Positions 29,355-38,332 of a stretch of DNA of 64,000 nt are shown here, in pieces. Both the position numbers and the translations under genes were made by a program. The stretch lies in NCBI GenBank assembly GCA_033763455.1, contig JANRKO010000062.1, forward strand, positions 64,001-128,000, in the 5' to 3' direction. Position 1 is the first letter of the stretch. Each line of letters starts with the position of its first letter. The stretch is from Polyangiaceae bacterium (GTDB lineage: Bacteria > Myxococcota_A > Polyangia > Polyangiales > Polyangiaceae). The notes under the pieces are model-generated. The model ran no database searches, was not told the DNA's origin, and was given only the letters and a program-made list of their open reading frames with translations.

Positions 29355-30611
29355 CTACGGGTTCCGTGATTCAAGCCCGTTCGAGATAGCGCTGTGAAGG
29401 GCGGTGAGGCTGCGAGCGCAGTCGTGGGTGAGCGGATTATCTGTGCGGCGCACATACCCACCCAACAATGACGTGAGTTGTGCTTTGGTGCGTACGAGCT
29501 TCTGTTGGCTGAAGAAAATGTCCGGGAGCATTCCCGAGTACCAACCTTCCACCAGGCCGCGGAAGACGGATACGGCCTGCCCCATGGGCACTGTGTACTC
29601 GGCATCCCAATCTACGGGCTGCCCCGAGAGTGCTCGGTGAATAAGCTCCGCTGAGATGGTTGCCGATTCGAGCGCCAGAGTAACGCCCGAGGAAAAAACA
29701 GGATCGAGGAAGTCCCCCGCGTTTCCAGCTACCGCCCAGCGGTCCCCATGCAAGCGGTGGTTCTTTGTGGAATATTCGCGCAGGATCTGCGGCGGCAGCA
29801 CAGGAACTGCCTGAGATAGCCGCAACTGGGCGTTTGGATCGCGGCGGAGCTGGCTGAGCAGGCGCTCAAGCGGGGTACCCGGCAAGCTTTCCCAATATTC
29901 CGGGTCACACACCATGCCGACGGACGTACGCCCGTTGGAAAATGGGATGAGCCACAGCCAACCGTTGTTGGGGTGACAGCAAACCCAAATGTCCCCCTCA
30001 TCGGAGCTCGGGCGGGCGTCCCCCTCGAAGTGCGTAAAACATGCCACCCGGTGAGGAAGCCCTGTAGCCACGTCTAGCTTAAGGAGGCGAGCCAAGACGC
30101 GCCCGTAGCCGCTGCAATCCAAGACCCAACGCGCACGAAGGTTGGAGCTTCGGTTCCTCCAAGTGTCTTCGACCACAGCCGTAACCCCATCGTGATCGAA
30201 AGCTACCTCCTTCACCTCCTGCCCAAAACGCAGATCCACGCCTTGCCGTCGTGCTTCACTGGCTAACGTCTGATCGAAATCATCTCGCGGTACCTGGTAG
30301 GTGGTAGGGAGGTCCCCCGCGAGTCCGTCGGCGAAGGCAAAACGCTCGCGCTCTTGACCACGCAGAAAGTATGCAGCCTTCTTAACCATGTAGCCGCGCC
30401 GCTCGACAGCGCCGAGGAGGCCCAGCTGCCCGAGCAACGCGTTCGCTCGCGGGAGTAGAGATTCCCCCACCACTTGTCGCGGAAAATGCCCCCGTTCCAA
30501 GCAAACGACACGGTGCCCTTTAGCCACGAGGGCGACAGATGCCGCTGATCCCGCAGGCCCCGCCCCGATCACGATCACGTCCGCCCTGTCTTCCTCTACG
30601 GTGTTCGTCAC
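29355..30611 (-). CDS. FAD-dependent oxidoreductase, flavin-dependent halogenase family (APE-cluster associated)
   Basis: GAGPAG, FPRQVVGESLLP, QVPRDDFD, GWLWLIP (WxWxIP) and FLDPVFSSG; start uncertain. Confidence 0.85.
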   Translation of the reverse strand: MTNTVEEDRADVIVIGAGPAGSAASVALVAKGHRVVCLERGHFPRQVVGESLLPRANALLGQLGLLGAVERRGYMVKKAAYFLRGQERERFAFADGLAGDLPTTYQVPRDDFDQTLASEARRQGVDLRFGQEVKEVAFDHDGVTAVVEDTWRNRSSNLRARWVLDCSGYGRVLARLLKLDVATGLPHRVACFTHFEGDARPSSDEGDIWVCCHPNNGWLWLIPFSNGRTSVGMVCDPEYWESLPGTPLERLLSQLRRDPNAQLRLSQAVPVLPPQILREYSTKNHRLHGDRWAVAGNAGDFLDPVFSSGVTLALESATISAELIHRALSGQPVDWDAEYTVPMGQAVSVFRGLVEGWYSGMLPDIFFSQQKLVRTKAQLTSLLGGYVRRTDNPLTHDCARSLTALHSAISNGLESRNP

Positions 30612-30706
30612 AGGTTGAGTGGTTAGGCTCCGAATTGAGTTAGAGGCAAGCGATTTTCGCTTGCGGGGGTAGGGCTCCATCGGCACACTCGTTGGCTGAG
30701 ATCGCA

Positions 30707-31591
30707 ATGGTGACGCTTCGTGGGTGGTTTGGGCGTACGCTGCAATTGCTGAGGATCTTGCTGTGTGGGCTGGCGTTTGTTGGGTTTGGGGTCGGCGGGG
30801 TTCTCTTGGCATGGTGTGTGTTGCCGCTAGTGGCTTTGTGGCCAGGCGGAGCTTTTGAGCGCCGTCAGCTCTGCCAGCGTCTGGTTCGCGGCGCTTGGAT
30901 CGTGTTTCACGACTATATGAGGCTTACCGGTCTGGTGGCGTTCAACCATCGGCAGGTGGAGCTGCATGTAGAGCATCCGTCGGTGATTATCGCCAACCAT
31001 CCAACATTGGTTGATATTACGGCGCTGGGTTCGGCACTTGGTGCGGTGTGTTTTGTTGCAAAGCGGCCACTCTTCAAAAACCCCGTTTTTGGCCCCCTGT
31101 TGAGGGTGTGCGGACACATTTGTGGTGCCGAGCGTGACGTCGCGGAGGCAGACGGCGCTTTTGCCCAAGCTCTCCTGCGGCTCAGCGAAGGGCACAGCGT
31201 CTTGTTGTTTCCAGAGGGCACTCGGTCGCCCGTCCATGGCCTCAGGCGCTTTCGCATCGGAGCCTTTGAGCTCGCTCGCCGGGCACGCGTGCCCCTCGTG
31301 GTCATCGGGATCAGCGCCGAGCCGCGCGCCCTCAGCAAAGGTACCCCATGGTACAGAATCCCCAAGGTAGCCATGCGGCTTCAGCTTTGGCCGCTGCTCA
31401 CGTTCGACAACTGGGACGCCGTGCCAGGCCTGGAGTCGCTTTCTGAGCTAAGAACGCGCGTGCGGGAGCTCTTGTGGGAGCGCACGGTTATGCCGGTAAA
31501 AGCTGGGAGCAACGAGCCGGGGCCGGGATCCGGAGCTGCAAATTTTCAACACACGGAGGCCATTTTGGATATAGAGAAAGCCATCCCGTGA
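30707..31591 (+). CDS. Lysophospholipid (PlsC-type) acyltransferase, ApeD-like
   Basis: NHPTLVD (HX4D) and FPEGTRS motifs. Confidence 0.88.
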   Translation: MVTLRGWFGRTLQLLRILLCGLAFVGFGVGGVLLAWCVLPLVALWPGGAFERRQLCQRLVRGAWIVFHDYMRLTGLVAFNHRQVELHVEHPSVIIANHPTLVDITALGSALGAVCFVAKRPLFKNPVFGPLLRVCGHICGAERDVAEADGAFAQALLRLSEGHSVLLFPEGTRSPVHGLRRFRIGAFELARRARVPLVVIGISAEPRALSKGTPWYRIPKVAMRLQLWPLLTFDNWDAVPGLESLSELRTRVRELLWERTVMPVKAGSNEPGPGSGAANFQHTEAILDIEKAIP

Positions 31592-31893
31592 CCCTAGAAG
31601 AACTAGAATCAGAGCTTCGAACGCTCATCGTTGAGGCGCTCATGTTGAAAGATACCACGCCCGAGGAAATCGAGCCGACGGCGCCACTTTTCTTTCAAGG
31701 CCTAGGCCTGGATTCCATTGATGCGCTGGAGCTCTCGATTGCGATTGAAGGGCGCTGGGGCTTCAAAATAGAAACGGACGACGCTGAAGCTCGAAAGTCC
31801 TTCGCCTCGGTGCGCACCCTGGCCGCCTTCATTTGGGCAAACATCCAAGCCAACGCGGGTTCCGAACCTTTGACCACCACGCACCGCTCATGA
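31588..31893 (+). CDS. Acyl carrier protein, ApeE-like
   Basis: PLFFQGLGLDSIDALEL phosphopantetheine motif; GTGA overlap. Confidence 0.92.
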   Translation: MTLEELESELRTLIVEALMLKDTTPEEIEPTAPLFFQGLGLDSIDALELSIAIEGRWGFKIETDDAEARKSFASVRTLAAFIWANIQANAGSEPLTTTHRS

Positions 31894-32153
31894 CCCAGCC
31901 TGAAATCCTCGCCCACGTACAAAAGTTGATGGTTGAACTGTTTGAACTCTCACCCGCGCAAGTCACGCCTGAGGCGCACCTCGTCAACGATTTGGACTTG
32001 GACAGCCTTGATGCCGTCGATATGGCGGTGAAGCTTGAAGAGCTAACGGGGCACCGGGTTGATGAGGCCGCGTTGCGATCGGTTCGAACCGTGGGGGACG
32101 TGGTGGCATTGGTGGACACAATTTTGAATCCTCGGGCTCCTGAGCCAAGCTGA
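31890..32153 (+). CDS. Acyl carrier protein, ApeF-like
   Basis: DLDLDSLDAVD and VRTVGDVV; ATGA overlap. Confidence 0.92.
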   Translation: MTQPEILAHVQKLMVELFELSPAQVTPEAHLVNDLDLDSLDAVDMAVKLEELTGHRVDEAALRSVRTVGDVVALVDTILNPRAPEPS

Positions 32154-32169
32154 GTGCCTCACGGGGTCT

Positions 32170-32793
32170 ATGCGGAAGGTGGTAGTCGGTATCAGCGCGA
32201 CCCTTCTAGCTGTGGCTTACCCGGTCGTTGTGAGCGTGGGGCTGAAGCATTGGGCGGTGTCGCGGCTGGCGTTATTGATTGCAGCGGCTGCCGTGTTCGG
32301 TGCGGCTCTGCGTTGGCTTGCCGGCTCTAAGGGGTTGGGTTCGCTCTTAGTGCCTCCCACCCTTGTCGCCGTTCTTGCTTCAATGGCCTCGTGGCAGGGC
32401 GACGCCCGCTGGCTGCTGGCGCTGCCCAGTCTGGTCAATATTGGGCTTCTCATCAGCTTTGGGCAGTCTTTGTGGCTGTCGCCGCCTTTGGTGGAACGCT
32501 TTGCTCGCCTCGTCGAGCGGGAGCTGTCAACTGCGCAAGTCGCGTATTGTCGCCAGGTAACCCGCGTGTGGTGCGGGTTCTTCATCGTGAATGCTGGCAT
32601 CTCGGGGCTATTGGCCTGGCGTGGCCCGATGAATTGGTGGGTTGCCTATACGGGTCTTATTTCCTACGTGTTGGTGGGTTCTTTGATGGCGGGAGAATAC
32701 GTCTTTAGAAAGTGGCGCTTCCAGAAGTTTGGAGCTGGCCTCCACGATCGTTTTCTGGCGTTTTTCCTCGCACCCCGTGCTCCGAGGCCATGA
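32170..32793 (+). CDS. APE-cluster membrane protein (COG4648/ApeG-like)
   Basis: Multiple TM segments; PPLVERFAR, YCRQVTRVW and YTGLISY...GEY. Confidence 0.82.
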   Translation: MRKVVVGISATLLAVAYPVVVSVGLKHWAVSRLALLIAAAAVFGAALRWLAGSKGLGSLLVPPTLVAVLASMASWQGDARWLLALPSLVNIGLLISFGQSLWLSPPLVERFARLVERELSTAQVAYCRQVTRVWCGFFIVNAGISGLLAWRGPMNWWVAYTGLISYVLVGSLMAGEYVFRKWRFQKFGAGLHDRFLAFFLAPRAPRP

Positions 32794-34511
32794 CGAACCT
32801 CAGTGTTGTTGATGTTCGGCGGAGGCTTCCTGTTGCGGTGGGGAGTGCGGGCGAAAAAACAGCCTCAGATCTCCTGCGGTTGGCGCATAACCTCGCTTCG
32901 CAATTGCCGAGCTCGCCGAACGCTCAGCAAGTGGCGGTGCTGTGCCTCGACCGCTACTACTTTGCGGCGGCCGTGCTGGGGGTCTGGTTGGCAGGTCATA
33001 CCGTGGCGCTCCCGCCTAACGACAAGCCAGCCATGTTGGCCAGTATTCAGGCAACCCAATCCCTTTTGGCCGTCTGGGGCGATGGCCAGAATAGCGCGGA
33101 CGTGGACGTCCGAAATTGCGCCGAATTACGCGCAGATGCGCCCCCTTTCGCGGCTTTCCCCGCTGCTCGGCTAGCGGCTCGCGTCTATTCATCGGGCACC
33201 ACGGGTTCTCCCGTTGCGTACGAGAAGACGTTCGCTCAATTGCTGGGCGAGGCCGAGGTGTTGGCAAATTTGTTGGGGCTCCTCGGGGCCACCGTGCTCC
33301 CCACCGTAGCGGCCCAGCACATCTACGGGTTTCTTGTAGGGGTGTTAGCGCCGTTGATAAGCGGTGGTGCATTTGTGCGGGAAACACCGCTCTACCCCGG
33401 GCACATACTCGAGGCCGCAGCGGCAGTGAAGGCAACGGTGTTGGTGAGTGTTCCTGCGCACCTCAAGGGGCTAGCCGTGCGGGCCGCCGAGGCGCCGCTT
33501 TCGGAGTTTTCAGTTCGTCGCATTGTTTCATCCGGTGCTCCACTGCCGAGGGAAACGGGAGAAAGTCTGAAGCAGCAATTGGGCGTACAAGTGGTGGAGC
33601 TGTTTGGCTCAACGGAGACCGGAGGCATCGCTCAGCGCTCACCCGGAGCCCTAGATTGGGCGCCGCTACCCGGAGTGCAAATCACCACCGCGCGCGCTTT
33701 GGGGCGCTCGGATTTTTTCGAAGATCAACTGTTCGTGCAGTCCGTGTTTACCGGTCACACGGGTTGGTTCGCCACGGGGGATCGCGTTGAGCTCTCGAAG
33801 GGGGGCACGTTCTTGCACAAGAGCAGAAGCGATAGAGTCGGCAAGGTGGGGGGAAAGCGTGTTGATTTGGGTGCGCTCGAACATCTGCTTGCGGCGGTAC
33901 CTGGTGTTGAGGAGGTGGCGGTGCTGGGCCTCAGGGCACCACCACCGCGTGATGTGGAGCTCGTTTCGGTGCTTGTGGCGCCCGGTGTGAGCATAGAATC
34001 GCTCCGGGAGGCGCTCTTGCAAGTATTCGATCCGGTAGCGGTGCCTAGGCGGTGGCGGTTCGTTCAACAGTTACCGCGCCAGGCTCTCGGCAAGGTGGCT
34101 CGCGCCGAGCTTGAAGCACTTTTTGATCCGAACACGGAAGCCCCCGTACTGGGCGTTACGTGCGAAACGCGTACGTGTTTGGCCAGCAAAGAAGGCAGCG
34201 CTTTCACATTTTCCATCTTCGCTCCCAAACAAGCTTGGTTTTTTCGGGGGCACTTTGAGGGGGACCCACTCATGCCTGCCGTGGTGCAGATAAATGATGT
34301 GGTGCTGCCCCACATAGCGCGTTCCTTTGGGAACCTAGGCTCGCTCCGTCACGCGCAGCGCTTGAAGTTTAAGCGCCCAATCCGCCCGGGGGAGCTCTTG
34401 ACGCTGGAGCTCCAGCGTCCAAACGCGGAAATGATGGTGCATTTTGAGTTGCTGGCGGGCGAGCACAAGTGCAGCAGCGGCACGCTTCTGTTTGGAGATT
34501 TGGGCGTATGA
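32790..34511 (+). CDS. Acyl-ACP synthetase (AMP-binding) fused to a FabZ-like dehydratase, ApeH-ApeI-like
   Basis: YSSGTTGSP, HIYG, FGSTETGG, TGD and LPRQALGK; C-terminal FRGHFEGDPLMPAVVQ...LKFKRPIRPG. Confidence 0.88.
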   Translation: MTNLSVVDVRRRLPVAVGSAGEKTASDLLRLAHNLASQLPSSPNAQQVAVLCLDRYYFAAAVLGVWLAGHTVALPPNDKPAMLASIQATQSLLAVWGDGQNSADVDVRNCAELRADAPPFAAFPAARLAARVYSSGTTGSPVAYEKTFAQLLGEAEVLANLLGLLGATVLPTVAAQHIYGFLVGVLAPLISGGAFVRETPLYPGHILEAAAAVKATVLVSVPAHLKGLAVRAAEAPLSEFSVRRIVSSGAPLPRETGESLKQQLGVQVVELFGSTETGGIAQRSPGALDWAPLPGVQITTARALGRSDFFEDQLFVQSVFTGHTGWFATGDRVELSKGGTFLHKSRSDRVGKVGGKRVDLGALEHLLAAVPGVEEVAVLGLRAPPPRDVELVSVLVAPGVSIESLREALLQVFDPVAVPRRWRFVQQLPRQALGKVARAELEALFDPNTEAPVLGVTCETRTCLASKEGSAFTFSIFAPKQAWFFRGHFEGDPLMPAVVQINDVVLPHIARSFGNLGSLRHAQRLKFKRPIRPGELLTLELQRPNAEMMVHFELLAGEHKCSSGTLLFGDLGV

Positions 34512-35263
34512 GCTTTCGCCCGTGTCTTGTTATCCCCACTTACAACAATCCGGCCACCATCGGCGCCGTGGTGAAGGCAGCGCGCGAACATCTGCAAGAT
34601 ATCCTGGTGGTAGACGACGGCAGCGATGCGGCCGGCCGGGATGCTGTTGCGGAGCTCGGAGCGACTGGCTTGGCCGTCGTACATCATCGCCCTCAAAATG
34701 GCGGAAAAGGGGCGGCGGTAAAAACGGGGATTCGCTTGGCTCGGGAGCTGGGCTTTTCGCATGTGCTGCAGATTGACGGCGATGGTCAACACACGCTCGG
34801 CGATATTCCGCGGTTTCTTGAGCAAGCGCGCCTAAACCCCGATGCCTTGATCTTGGGCCAGCCGAGGTTTGACAGCTCTGCGCCAAGAGCTCGGCTTTGG
34901 GGGCGTAAGCTCACGCACTTGTGGGTCCACATCGAAACCGGCGGGAAAGTGATTGCCGAACCGATGTGTGGCTATCGTGTCTATCCTGTAGCGGCGGCTT
35001 TGGCCGTGATGCCTGCGTCGAACCGTATGGATTTTGACCCTGAAATTGCAGTGCGAATGGTGTGGCATGGGGTAAAGGTGGTGAATCTTGAGACGGACGT
35101 GCGCTACCTTACGGCTGAAGAAGGTGGCGTTTCGCACTTTCAAATGGGTTGGGACAACGTGCGCATTACGTGGATGCACATTCGTTTGGTGGTGGGCGCC
35201 ATCTTGCTTTTGATCACGGGCCATACCTTGAGAGGCAAAACGTGGCGCACGCGAATTGGTTGA
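34508..35263 (+). CDS. Glycosyltransferase family 2 (ApeJ N-terminal-like)
   Basis: IPTYN, VVDDGS, NGGKGAA, QIDGDGQH and MCGYRVYP. Confidence 0.9.
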   Translation: MSFRPCLVIPTYNNPATIGAVVKAAREHLQDILVVDDGSDAAGRDAVAELGATGLAVVHHRPQNGGKGAAVKTGIRLARELGFSHVLQIDGDGQHTLGDIPRFLEQARLNPDALILGQPRFDSSAPRARLWGRKLTHLWVHIETGGKVIAEPMCGYRVYPVAAALAVMPASNRMDFDPEIAVRMVWHGVKVVNLETDVRYLTAEEGGVSHFQMGWDNVRITWMHIRLVVGAILLLITGHTLRGKTWRTRIG

Positions 35264-36147
35264 GCATTCGCGAGACCGGCAGCGTGTGGGGCATGCGCGT
35301 GCTTCTTTTTCTGAGCACCGCCTTCGGCCGTTGGCCCGCGCGCATGGTGTTGAAGCCGGTGGCGCTGTATTACGCCGTTTTTTATCGAACTGCGCGGCGC
35401 GCATCGAAGCAATACCTTGCATACTCGGGCATTCGGCCCACCTTTTCGCACGTGTTTACCCATGTGCTGCATTTTGCTGAATGCAGCCTGGATCGGTTGT
35501 TCTTTCTTCGTGGCAACTTCAAGCCATTCGTGATCCGGACGGTGGGCTCTCTGCACATTGAAAAGCTGGCGGCCACCAAGCGCGGTGCGATCTTGCTTGG
35601 GGCACACCTCGGGAGCTTCGAAGCGATGCGCGCCGTTGGAGAGGCTACTCAGGCTAACATCAATGTTGTGGGTTACTTTGGTAACGCACGAGCGATCAAT
35701 CGGCTGCTCGATCGGGGAAGTGGTGGCAAGGTGGGAACACGTCTGCTTGAAGTCACGCCCAATTCGCTCGAATTCATTTTCAAGGCCAAAGATCTTTTGG
35801 AGCAGGGCGAGATGCTGGGGATTTTGGGGGATAGGGTGATGTCCAATCAGGTCACCGAGGTCACTTTCTTTGGAAAAAAGGCGGCCTTTCCGTCGGGGCC
35901 GTGGGTGCTCGCGGCAAGCCTGAAGTGCCCCGTGTACCTCACCTTCGGGCTGTATTTTGCTCCGAATACCTACGAGCTTCATTGCGAGCCGTTTGCGGAA
36001 GTTGTTACCCTCCCTCGCGGCACACGGGAGGCGGCTCTCCGCTCCTACGTGCAGGACTTCGCGACCCGTCTGGAGTATTACGCCCGGCTGGCACCCTACA
36101 ATTGGTTCAACTTTTTTCCCTTCTGGAGTGACGAAGATGCCGGCTAG
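35242..36147 (+). CDS. LpxL/HtrB-like lipid acyltransferase (ApeJ C-terminal-like)
   Basis: AHLGSFE, GDR, FFGKKAAFPSGP and APYNWFNFFPFW. Confidence 0.87.
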   Translation: MAHANWLSIRETGSVWGMRVLLFLSTAFGRWPARMVLKPVALYYAVFYRTARRASKQYLAYSGIRPTFSHVFTHVLHFAECSLDRLFFLRGNFKPFVIRTVGSLHIEKLAATKRGAILLGAHLGSFEAMRAVGEATQANINVVGYFGNARAINRLLDRGSGGKVGTRLLEVTPNSLEFIFKAKDLLEQGEMLGILGDRVMSNQVTEVTFFGKKAAFPSGPWVLAASLKCPVYLTFGLYFAPNTYELHCEPFAEVVTLPRGTREAALRSYVQDFATRLEYYARLAPYNWFNFFPFWSDEDAG

Positions 36148-37663
36148 CGCGATGGTGGTGGTGGGTGAAGAACCGTTGAGCATTGAAGATATTGTGGCGC
36201 TTGCACGGGGTAATGCTGAAGCCATGCTCGCAAGTGGGGGCGAATATCACGCACGAGTGGAGGCGAGCCACGACATCTTGGTGCAGGCCACACGTAGCGG
36301 GCGCCCCATCTACGGAGTAAATACTGGTTTTGGCGTCTCGTGCGGGGTGGGTGTTGATGCGGAGTGGCTGCAACGGATGCCCGCGAATTTAGTACGGTTC
36401 CATGGTTGTGGGGTGGGGGCCTGCTTGAGCGTAGAAGACAGCGCCGGAGTGGTTGCCGTGCGCTTGGCGAGCCTCGCGCGCGGCTATTCTGGAGTTCGCC
36501 CAAGGCTTTTGGAGCACCTGGCGGCCTTGCTCAATCAGCGCATTATCCCTCGCATTCCGAGCCAGGGCTCAGTGGGCGCCAGTGGCGATCTTACGCCGCT
36601 CTCCTACGTGGCGGCCGTGGTGATGGGGGAGCGCGAAGTGCACTATCGCGGCGCCGTTGTCCCCGCAGCACAGGCGTTAGCAGAAGCCGGGCTGGAGCCT
36701 TTGGTGTTTGAGCCCAAGGAAAGCTTGGCGATTATGAACGGCACAAGCGTGATGACGGCGCTTGCCTGTTCCGCGTTCGTTGCGGCCGAGCGTTTGTGTC
36801 GCGTAGCTGCGGCGTGGACGGCCATGCTGTGCGACGCGGTGGGCGGCAACGCTTCGCACTTTCACGAGCGCATCTTCGCGCTCAAGCCACACCCCGGGCA
36901 GATGCAGGCGGCACGTTGGATTCGCGAGGGGTTAGAGGCCCAGGTCGAGCAGAATAGCTCGGGGCAGCGGTTACAGGATCGATATTCCTTACGTTGCGCG
37001 CCGCATGTCATAGGCGTGGCGCTCGACACGCTCACCTTCGTGCGGCAATGGCTGGAAACCGAAATCAACGGCGTGAACGATAACCCAATTGTGGATCCGC
37101 TCACTGGCGAGGTTTTCATGGGCGGTAATTTTTACGGCGGGCACGTGGCCCAAGCGATGGACTCCCTGAAAACAGCCATCGCCAGTATTGCTGATCTCAT
37201 GGATCGCCAGCTCCTGCTCTTGTGTGATCCGGCGGCTAACGGCGGGCTCCCGCGGGATCTCGTTGCCCCGAGTGGAGCTGCCGCGACTGCCAATTTTGGC
37301 TTTAAAGCCATACAAATCCTCACCTCCGCGCTAGCCGCTGAAGCACTCAAGCTCACCATGCCCGCCACAGCGTTTAGCCGCAGCACTGAAGGTCACAACC
37401 AAGACAAAGTGAGCATGGGCACCATCGCCGCTCGGGATTGCCAAACCATTATCGAGTTCACGGAGACTACCGCGGCCGCAACCCTTCTGGCCCTATGCCA
37501 GGCCATCGACCTCGGTGGGCCCGAGCGTGCTCATCAGCGAGCAAGGGAGCTACACGCATTCGTTCGCCAACACATCCCCATGGTTACCGAGGATCGGAGG
37601 ATGGACGAAGACATCGGCCTCGTGCTCCAGTGGCTCCGTCGAAGCGAGCTTCCCCTTGGATAA
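36137..37663 (+). CDS. MIO-dependent aromatic amino acid ammonia-lyase (HAL/PAL/TAL family)
   Basis: IYGVNTGFG, GSVGASGDL (MIO Ala-Ser-Gly), QDRYSLRC, NDNP and HNQDKVSMG. Confidence 0.93.
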   Translation: MPASAMVVVGEEPLSIEDIVALARGNAEAMLASGGEYHARVEASHDILVQATRSGRPIYGVNTGFGVSCGVGVDAEWLQRMPANLVRFHGCGVGACLSVEDSAGVVAVRLASLARGYSGVRPRLLEHLAALLNQRIIPRIPSQGSVGASGDLTPLSYVAAVVMGEREVHYRGAVVPAAQALAEAGLEPLVFEPKESLAIMNGTSVMTALACSAFVAAERLCRVAAAWTAMLCDAVGGNASHFHERIFALKPHPGQMQAARWIREGLEAQVEQNSSGQRLQDRYSLRCAPHVIGVALDTLTFVRQWLETEINGVNDNPIVDPLTGEVFMGGNFYGGHVAQAMDSLKTAIASIADLMDRQLLLLCDPAANGGLPRDLVAPSGAAATANFGFKAIQILTSALAAEALKLTMPATAFSRSTEGHNQDKVSMGTIAARDCQTIIEFTETTAAATLLALCQAIDLGGPERAHQRARELHAFVRQHIPMVTEDRRMDEDIGLVLQWLRRSELPLG

Positions 37664-37666
37664 ATC

Positions 37667-38332
37667 ATGAAGCAGCTGAGTCGACGCCTTTGCTTGAGCG
37701 CAGCGGTTCTAGGTCCGTTGGGGAGCTTTTTGCCCGGTCCAGCCGCCGCTGGCCCTACGCCTTGCGCGGGTGGGCTTTCTGGCATTCTCAAGCCTTTTGC
37801 CAAGCTGAAGGGGTTCTCCGTAGACTTCGTTGAAGAAAAACGGATCGCGTTGCTCCGAAAGCCGCTCGTAAACACGGGCAGCATTGTGTTCAAGGCGCCG
37901 CACCAACTGGTTCGCCGCGTTGACGCCCCTCAGCCGTCTGCGATTTGGATCAAACCCGGGCAGGTTCGTATTCGCGACGCATCGGGCGAGCGCAATTTGG
38001 ATGTCACGCGTTGGGGTCCTGCGAATGTGCTAATTCAGAGTTTTCTGTACGTCCTTAGCGGGGATGCCGAGAGCCTGCGAAAGCACTACCGAATCGAAGA
38101 TAGCTGTGAGGGCGGCGTGTGGAAGCTGAAGCTCACGCCTCGTGCCCCGGAGTTGGCCAAGATCCTCCGGCATTTGGTCATTGTAGGTCACGGCGCCACG
38201 CCCGAAAGCCTGGAGCTTCTGGATGGCTCGGGCGATCTTTCTGTCACGCGCTTCACTGGGCTTAATACTCAAGCGCGCTTTAACGAAGCTCAGCTAAAGA
38301 AGTTCTTCAAGGCTACGCGGGCCAAGCCGTGA
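37667..38332 (+). CDS. LolA-like outer-membrane lipoprotein carrier (ApeL-like)
   Basis: Signal peptide, FVEEKRIALLRKPL...G, WKLKLTP and GD; lies between the lyase and MMPL genes. Confidence 0.8.
   Translation: MKQLSRRLCLSAAVLGPLGSFLPGPAAAGPTPCAGGLSGILKPFAKLKGFSVDFVEEKRIALLRKPLVNTGSIVFKAPHQLVRRVDAPQPSAIWIKPGQVRIRDASGERNLDVTRWGPANVLIQSFLYVLSGDAESLRKHYRIEDSCEGGVWKLKLTPRAPELAKILRHLVIVGHGATPESLELLDGSGDLSVTRFTGLNTQARFNEAQLKKFFKATRAKP

Noticed and set aside
35140..36225. Long antisense or alternate-frame ORFs (e.g. 35140-36225 -, 6466-7113 +, 48052-48696 -) and long 5' extensions such as 24608-26134 and 25766-27829
   Set aside because: They overlap well-supported genes and have no motifs; such shadow ORFs are expected in high-GC DNA.
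36137..37663. Annotating the lyase as hutH of histidine catabolism
   Set aside because: No hutU/I/G genes are nearby, the specificity motif is not the HAL type, and the gene is embedded in the APE operon.
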